Source: [Clostridium] symbiosum
Lineage (GTDB): Bacteria > Bacillota > Clostridia > Lachnospirales > Lachnospiraceae
Direction of reading: 5' to 3'
Length of the DNA: 64,000 bases
Assembly: GCA_021769625.1 (NCBI GenBank)
Contig: JAETSN010000009.1
Span: forward strand, 3,052-67,051
In this document: positions 58,129 to 64,000 of the stretch, in pieces
How positions within the stretch are numbered: position 1 is the first letter of the stretch
Layout: each line of letters starts with the position of its first letter
Notes under the pieces: generated by a model
Database searches by the model: none
What the model was told of the DNA's origin: nothing
What the model saw: only the letters and a program-made list of their open reading frames with translations
Position numbers and translations under genes: made by a program

Positions 58129-60045
58129 ATGCACATCCGATCCAAAATCCGCAACCTTTCCACCGGCCAAAAAATATTTGCAGCTCTGCTTCTCGGCATC
58201 CTGCTTTTTCTCGCCGGTTTTTTACCCGCTTTCTTCTCGCCAAACGCCGCGTCCCTTTTTGCGGACGCCTCCTACAATAAACTCTGCCGCGAAATATTCC
58301 GCAGCGAACTTTCCGGCAACACCCTGACGCTCCATTATACCCTGCTGAATCCCGCGGACTACGGGATCTACGAGAATGAAGCGCATCTTCCCGTCTACTC
58401 CGCGGACAGCCGCGCCCTCTCCGCAGCCGCCGTCACCGACTGGTCGGAGCGCCTTGCCTCCATTGATCCGGAAAAGCTCTCTGAAAAAAACAGGTACGGC
58501 TACACGTTGCTTGCCCGCTATCTGGCGCTGCTGCAGTCCCTTTCCGCCTACTCCTGTTATGAGGAACCCCTTTCCCCCAACAGCGGCATGCAGCAGACCC
58601 TCCCTGTCCTTTTTTCTGAATACAGGTTTACGAAGCGCAAGGACATCGATGATTACCTCTCCCTGCTCTCCCAGACCGGAGATTATTTTCAGGGACTTCT
58701 TATCTTTGAACAGGAAAAAGCAGACGCCGGGCTTTTTATGTCTAAGGCCAGCGCGGATATGCTGATCAGCGGATGCGAGTCCTTCCTCACGGAAGACTCC
58801 ATCAACAACGGTTCCCACTTTTTGGTGGATTCCTTTGCCGAACGTCTTATGGAATTTCAAAAAAACTATCCTGAACTGCTCAGTGATGAAGCCTTTGAAA
58901 CCTACTATCAGGAAAATATCCGCATTCTGAAAGAAGATGTGATGCCCGCCTATCAGATGCTGGCAGAAGAAATGACACGATTGTCAGAAAATGCCGTCCG
59001 CAGCAATACAACGGATGATCCCGGCCTTTTGGCAGGTTCCGATGACCCCCAAATCTCCGGCAATTCCGACAAGGATGCCCAAAAGCAGAACTATTATGCC
59101 CTGCTGGTACAAAAATCCACCGGTTCCTACCGCCCTTTAGAGGAAGTGCAGGAAATGCTCTATGTCCAGTTTGACACGCTGCGCGCAGAACTGATGGATC
59201 TCAAAAAACAGGAAGCGGATCCCCGGATCGCAGGCCGGCATACCCATCCCCTGTCCGTGGAAGATATCCTCACATTTTTGCAGGAGGATATGAGGGAAGA
59301 TTTTCCCCCTCTCCTTTCGGGTGCTCCCGATCAGTCCGGAAGTCCCTTAAAGAGGCAGCTTCCCGCCGTCTCCTGCGATATCAAATATATATCGAAAACC
59401 CTGTCCGCATCCAGCGCGCCGGCTTTTTACCTGACGCCGCCGATGGACGCCTTCGACAAAAATGTGATCTACATCAACCCGGATTCATCACTGGAAGGCG
59501 CCGCCCTCTTTACCACCCTCGCCCACGAGGGTTTCCCGGGCCATCTATACCAGACCGTCTACGCGCGGGAAAGCGGTATTGCGGACCGTAAGAATCCTCT
59601 GCGCGGCATTCTCGACTATCCTGGCTACTGCGAGGGCTGGGCGCTCTACGTGGAACTTGCTTCCTACGACTATGCCGCAAACTATTATGCCATCGACACT
59701 GACGCCCTGAAGAGCGCCCGCTCTCTGGAACTTTGCCTGTGTGCCCTGCTGGATCTTCACATTCATTATTATGGCTTCACCCTGCCCCAGACGCAATCGC
59801 TCCTCGCCGCCTTCGGGGTCCCTGCAGACGCCGCGGAAAACATCTATTCCTATATCAAACAGGAACCGGCAAACTACTTAAAGTATTATCTCAGCTACCT
59901 TGAGATCCTCTCTTTAAAGCAGGATGCCGAAGCGCTCTGGAAAGATGCGTATTCCGACTACCGTTTTCATCAGTTTTATCTCGATGCCGGTCCTTCGGAT
60001 TTTTCCTCCCTGAGAGAGCGTCTTGAAGAGGCCGGGATCAGGTAG
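58129..60045 (+). CDS. DUF885-family protein
   Basis: N-terminal signal/TM; APAFYL, TLAHEGFPGHLYQ, YCEGWALYVE, PANYLKYY. Confidence 0.88.
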   Translation: MHIRSKIRNLSTGQKIFAALLLGILLFLAGFLPAFFSPNAASLFADASYNKLCREIFRSELSGNTLTLHYTLLNPADYGIYENEAHLPVYSADSRALSAAAVTDWSERLASIDPEKLSEKNRYGYTLLARYLALLQSLSAYSCYEEPLSPNSGMQQTLPVLFSEYRFTKRKDIDDYLSLLSQTGDYFQGLLIFEQEKADAGLFMSKASADMLISGCESFLTEDSINNGSHFLVDSFAERLMEFQKNYPELLSDEAFETYYQENIRILKEDVMPAYQMLAEEMTRLSENAVRSNTTDDPGLLAGSDDPQISGNSDKDAQKQNYYALLVQKSTGSYRPLEEVQEMLYVQFDTLRAELMDLKKQEADPRIAGRHTHPLSVEDILTFLQEDMREDFPPLLSGAPDQSGSPLKRQLPAVSCDIKYISKTLSASSAPAFYLTPPMDAFDKNVIYINPDSSLEGAALFTTLAHEGFPGHLYQTVYARESGIADRKNPLRGILDYPGYCEGWALYVELASYDYAANYYAIDTDALKSARSLELCLCALLDLHIHYYGFTLPQTQSLLAAFGVPADAAENIYSYIKQEPANYLKYYLSYLEILSLKQDAEALWKDAYSDYRFHQFYLDAGPSDFSSLRERLEEAGIR

Positions 60046-60172
60046 GAAAAATACACCTTCTCCTGCCCGCCGCACGCCCTGTATGCCGTTTTCGCAACAT
60101 ACCTCCTTCTCTGCATGGGCTTTGCACGAAACGGCAGGCAGGCGCAGCCCTGCACTCTGCATTTTCTGCCGC

Positions 60173-60691
60173 CTACAGATACCACACCATCAGCACGCTT
60201 GCCGCGATCCCCACTCCCGTGGCAAGCAGCGCCCCCGGCAGCGTCCACCTCGTCTTTTTCACCTTCGCCGCCATATAATATACGCTCATCGTATAAAAGC
60301 AGGTCTCCGTACAGCTCATCATGATCGAAGTCAGAAGTCCCGTGCGGGAATCCGGCCCGTACTGTTCGAAGATATCCAACACCAACCCGGTGGCTGCCGA
60401 GGAGGAAAACATCTTGATGAACACAAGAGGAACAAACTCCGCGCCGATCCCGGCCTTCTCGGTCAATCCGCCGAAAAGATCCCCCAGCATGGATAAAAAG
60501 CCGGAGGCGCGAAGCACTCCCACCGCCACCATCAGCCCCACCAGTGTCGGCAGCACCGTCACGACTGTTTTCAGCCCGTCCATCGCCCCCTTCACAAAAG
60601 CGTCATACACATCGGTCTTGTTCAGGACACCGTTCAGCACGATATAAAAAATAAGCGCCGGGATTATGATCACCGAAAGCCGCATCAACAT
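60173..60691 (-). CDS. spmB: Spore maturation protein B
   Basis: VYDAFVKGA, PTLVGLMVAV, SCTETCFYT; tandem with spmA. Confidence 0.9.
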   Translation of the reverse strand: MLMRLSVIIIPALIFYIVLNGVLNKTDVYDAFVKGAMDGLKTVVTVLPTLVGLMVAVGVLRASGFLSMLGDLFGGLTEKAGIGAEFVPLVFIKMFSSSAATGLVLDIFEQYGPDSRTGLLTSIMMSCTETCFYTMSVYYMAAKVKKTRWTLPGALLATGVGIAASVLMVWYL

Positions 60692-61389
60692 CCGCTTTTC
60701 CTCCCGTATCTCATCTTAATATAGACAATGCCCGCCAATGTGGAACAGCAGGTGGCAAGGATTGCCGGAAGGATGATCCCGGACGGATTTAAAGAGCCAT
60801 ATTTTGTTCGATAAACGATCATATTCACCGGAATAAGCTGCAGGGAAGAGATATTTAAGATCAGGAAACCGCACATGGCGTCGCTGGCGGCTCGCTCTCC
60901 CTTTTTAAGCCTTCCCTTCCTTTTATCTCCCTCTGCTCCGCCCAGACCGTCTGATATGCCAGATCCATATTTCTCTTTTCTTCCTCTGTCTGCCGCTTCA
61001 TATCCCGGTGTCCCCCTCTCCTCCTCCAGCTTTGCCAGTTCCTCCATCGCCTTCAATCCTGCCGGCGTGCACGCCCAGCCAAGCCCCAGAATATTTGCCA
61101 CAAGATTTGTCGCAATATAGCCTCTCGCCGGATGATCCTTCGGCACATCCGGGAAAAGAAACGTGATAAAAGGCTGCAGCTTATTCGTAAATTTCTCTAT
61201 AAGCCCCGCCTGCCCCGCTATTTCCATCAGCCCCACCCAGAGCGCCATCGCCCCGGCCATGGTGATGCACAGCGTCACCGCCGATTCCGCGTACTCCAGA
61301 CAGGCGTTGGAGACAGCCTCCATATTGCCGGTAAAAAGCGCATAAAGAATTCCAACAAGCAGCATGCCCGCCCAAATATAATTCAGCAT
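60685..61389 (-). CDS. spmA: Spore maturation protein A
   Basis: MLNYIW, NILGLGWACTPAGLKAM, LNISSLQLIP. Confidence 0.92.
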   Translation of the reverse strand: MLNYIWAGMLLVGILYALFTGNMEAVSNACLEYAESAVTLCITMAGAMALWVGLMEIAGQAGLIEKFTNKLQPFITFLFPDVPKDHPARGYIATNLVANILGLGWACTPAGLKAMEELAKLEEERGTPGYEAADRGRKEKYGSGISDGLGGAEGDKRKGRLKKGERAASDAMCGFLILNISSLQLIPVNMIVYRTKYGSLNPSGIILPAILATCCSTLAGIVYIKMRYGRKSGC

Positions 61390-61524
61390 AGCATCCTCCT
61401 AACTTCCTGTTTTTATATCTTTATGCGCCTGTCCGGGAAAACTTGACCATCCGGCTTATATTATTTAATGAAAATAGCTGTTATACCATTTTTATCAGCA
61501 TTAAAATTATTGATATCCCAATTT

Positions 61525-62400
61525 TTACAGTCCAAATACATGCTTCACAAACTGAAGCGCTCCTTTTGCATCCGCATCCAGTGCCGCCTCTGAGGTATCT
61601 TCCACCAGATTCCTCCACACTTTCACTTCCGAACCGATCGTGCCGCCCGGCATAACAAAGGGCTCCATAACAGCCGCATGCTGATAATTGATGTCGCGGA
61701 GCGCCTGGCCGATCTCATCCCAGGGCATAGTTCCCTTGCCCGGCACCTTGCGGTTTCTCTCTCCCAGATGTAAGTGGCAGAGCCTGTCGCCCGCTTTTCG
61801 GATTGCCGCCGCAATGTTGTCTTCTTCAATGTTCATATGGAACGTATCCAACATGATCTGAACATTCCTGCTGCCGACTGCATCCACATATTTGATCGCT
61901 TCATCGCAGGTATTCAAAAGATAGCCTTCAAATCTGTTCAGCACTTCCATGCCGAGCACAATGTCGCACTCCTCCGCTACTTTCGCGATCTTCTTCATAT
62001 TGGTGACGGATCTCTCAAAATCCCCTTCCTTGTCTATAGGTTTTGAATAATCCACCGGCCAGTAGGAATAAAGACCGCCGCCAAATGACTTGATATCCAT
62101 CTTTTTCAGCTTATGCAATGTCTCCGTGAAAAACTGTATTGCATTCTCCTGGATCTGCGGGTCCGCAGAACTCAGATTCTCGGCTGCCTGCGGCCCGTAC
62201 CCTGCAGTCAGGATAACATTTTTCTCCTTCGCATAATCGCGCAGTTCATACAACTGCTCGTCCGTCGTGTATGTACCCTTGAATGCCCCGCAGGAAATCT
62301 CCAGAATATCAAATCCCAGACTTGCGACCTTATCAATATACTTTTTATAGTCCGCAAACCATTCCTTCTCCCAATACGCAAAATAAATTCCGTACTTCAT
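61525..62400 (-). CDS. dpe: D-psicose (D-allulose)/D-tagatose 3-epimerase family protein
   Basis: N-terminus MKYGIYFAYWEKEW; YSYWPVDY, MEVLNRFE, LDTFHMNIEE, HLHLGE.NRK.PG, VMEPF; 291 aa, closely resembling clostridial/Ruminococcus DPEases as recalled. Confidence 0.88.
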   Translation of the reverse strand: MKYGIYFAYWEKEWFADYKKYIDKVASLGFDILEISCGAFKGTYTTDEQLYELRDYAKEKNVILTAGYGPQAAENLSSADPQIQENAIQFFTETLHKLKKMDIKSFGGGLYSYWPVDYSKPIDKEGDFERSVTNMKKIAKVAEECDIVLGMEVLNRFEGYLLNTCDEAIKYVDAVGSRNVQIMLDTFHMNIEEDNIAAAIRKAGDRLCHLHLGERNRKVPGKGTMPWDEIGQALRDINYQHAAVMEPFVMPGGTIGSEVKVWRNLVEDTSEAALDADAKGALQFVKHVFGL

Positions 62401-62438
62401 ACCCCTTGCTGCCTCCTTTTATATTTAAAATTCTTTAA

Positions 62439-63413
62439 TTAAAGTTTCCTGTTCTGCAAATCTATCCCTTCCATACGCTTTAGAATAGCTCCTCTAATTT
62501 TCTCATGCAAATATACCGGATTCAGTTTTGACTTTCCATACTTTAAATAGGAGCCCTCCGTATTTTTTGCCAACAGGCTCGCAAAATATCTCTCCCAACT
62601 GAAATATTCTCTACTGTCAATATACCTTTCCGGTTCTTCAAGAATTTCCCTGATTTCCTTACCATCGATCAAACCGGTTTTCAATATGATCCATTCAAAA
62701 GACTCCGGAAGATACAACTTTATATTTCCACGTTCCTTTGCCAGTTCATATAATCCGTTCATTTCAGGCCCGATCGCAGCCCCATCAGCAATAACACAGG
62801 TTTCCTCCAGTCCGCTGTCTTTCACGGTTGTAAAGATATTGGATTTCCCCCCTGCGCTTTCACAGGCTATGCCTTTTTCTCCACACACTGTTTTAAAAAA
62901 CTCATAACCGGAGTTTGAATCTTCCACAATGATCTTTTCAGGTTTTATCGGAATCTGCCGAAGATCAGAATATATACGATATATCTGCTGATACACCTTT
63001 TTGGTATTTTGATATTTCCCTGATGCATACAATCCATAAATTTCCTCTACACTATATGGAAGATTATAAAGATTTTCTCTTGTGATCAGCACAAAGTAAT
63101 TATCCGAGCCGCGCACCGCCGATGCAAATTCTTCCGTACTAATGAATGCATTTTCTTCGTCAATAAAAAAAATACTGTCGGAAGAATTCTGCAGGATCAA
63201 TTTCCAGCTTTTCCCTTCCAATATCCTGCAGGAAACATCTGAGATCACATCTACGCCGCTCGACTCCCCCAGATTTTCAGCCTGCCTCAACATGTTGATA
63301 AGCGTTGTCTTTCCGGTGGCACTGTCTCCCTGGATCACAGTGATATTCCTTTTTATTTCGAATTCATAATGCAATTTATTATTTTGTACGATTATCCTGT
63401 GCTTTCCTTTCAT
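62439..63413 (-). CDS. Hypothetical P-loop ATPase fused to a TOPRIM-like domain
   Basis: Walker A GDSATGKT, Walker B IFFIDEE; C-terminal half IIVEDS...AGGK...VIADG...ESFE. Confidence 0.7.
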   Translation of the reverse strand: MKGKHRIIVQNNKLHYEFEIKRNITVIQGDSATGKTTLINMLRQAENLGESSGVDVISDVSCRILEGKSWKLILQNSSDSIFFIDEENAFISTEEFASAVRGSDNYFVLITRENLYNLPYSVEEIYGLYASGKYQNTKKVYQQIYRIYSDLRQIPIKPEKIIVEDSNSGYEFFKTVCGEKGIACESAGGKSNIFTTVKDSGLEETCVIADGAAIGPEMNGLYELAKERGNIKLYLPESFEWIILKTGLIDGKEIREILEEPERYIDSREYFSWERYFASLLAKNTEGSYLKYGKSKLNPVYLHEKIRGAILKRMEGIDLQNRKL

Positions 63414-63424
63414 CCTCTCCCCAC

Positions 63425-63862
63425 CTAAACATATGAGACTGCAATATCCACAAACTCCGCCATATTATGAACGATCTCTCCTGTATTCAGAATTCTGATC
63501 TCAAAATCCCCGGAGCCAAAATCCATAATATGACGAAGATTAATCGTCCTGTCTTTCATCTCCCCAAGTCTTAAAATCCATTTTGCACAATTATTGCCGC
63601 ATACAGATGCATTAAAAATCCTGTCGCCATCAAATGCTATCAGGATCAGCGTCTTTACTCCTCCGGACAATTCCTTTGTAGAGATCGGTCCCAGAACGGG
63701 GCTTTCTATCAGCCTTGCGCTTACCACTTCAGACTGATCTATATCTTTTATCATTTCCACTGACAATGGATCCGTAATCCATTCTTCTTCATATCTGTTG
63801 TCAAAATAAGTCGGCGGATGATAGATAGCCCCATCCATATTTCCCAAAAAAACACTCAGCAT
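63425..63862 (-). CDS. DUF4869-like protein
   Basis: PTYFDNRYEEEW...MIKDID...SPVLGPI..ELSGGVKTLIL...CGNNCAKWIL; 11 nt upstream of the ATPase gene. Confidence 0.75.
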   Translation of the reverse strand: MLSVFLGNMDGAIYHPPTYFDNRYEEEWITDPLSVEMIKDIDQSEVVSARLIESPVLGPISTKELSGGVKTLILIAFDGDRIFNASVCGNNCAKWILRLGEMKDRTINLRHIMDFGSGDFEIRILNTGEIVHNMAEFVDIAVSYV

Positions 63863-63947
63863 AGTGAACCTCTCTCTTTATAAAAAGAACTTCCAAAACC
63901 ATCTACTGTTTCAGAAGTTCTCGCATAATCTTCTATTCTAATTCTTC

Positions 63948-64000
63948 TTAAGCGTCAATACCCTGCTCTTTAATGAACCGCATCACATCCCCCACGGTCT
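63948..64000 (-). CDS. Acyl carrier protein, 3' end (partial)
   Basis: Reads ...TVGDVMRFIKEQGIDA-stop, matching the ACP C-terminal helix TVGD(V/A)xxY/FI. Only 16 codons visible. Confidence 0.6.
   Translation of the reverse strand, partial: TVGDVMRFIKEQGIDA

Noticed and set aside
60890-61030. Gly/Lys-rich insertion in SpmA
   Set aside because: In-frame low-complexity loop with no repeat or mobile signature; treated as ordinary loop variation.
62439-63413. Reading this P-loop protein as a translation factor GTPase
   Set aside because: It lacks the DxxG and NKxD GTPase motifs; Walker A/B spacing fits an ATPase.

Overview
64-kb chromosomal window of a spore-forming Clostridia, most likely Lachnospiraceae (inferred from gene content and synteny). 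Almost all genes lie on the minus strand. The core backbone is recR-ybaB-dnaX, pfkA, tRNA-Ser(CGA), a full F1Fo atp operon whose c subunit carries a Na+-binding signature, tadA, SRP RNA, msmX, metG, spmAB and the 3' end of an acyl carrier protein gene. Carbohydrate loci are galM, treR/treB/treC (treB internally deleted), a GH78 + ABC transporter + two-component cluster and a stand-alone D-psicose 3-epimerase homologue. Small AT-richer islets are interspersed: three AAA+/DUF4143 ATPases, an AAA/PD-(D/E)XK gene, an AbiEi/AbiEii pair and a DUF4869 + ATPase-TOPRIM-like pair. No CRISPR array, transposase, integrase or prophage was seen. Top leads: (1) a four-copy, co-oriented, 150-210 nt intergenic element whose 22-23 bp outer stem changes sequence between copies yet stays paired; (2) the DUF4869 + P-loop/TOPRIM-like pair, which looks like a split ABC-ATPase/OLD-type nuclease module; (3) gene-specific repeats at 32-33 bp spacing upstream of each DUF4143 ATPase. 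Family names are from motif recognition by eye; no database search was run.
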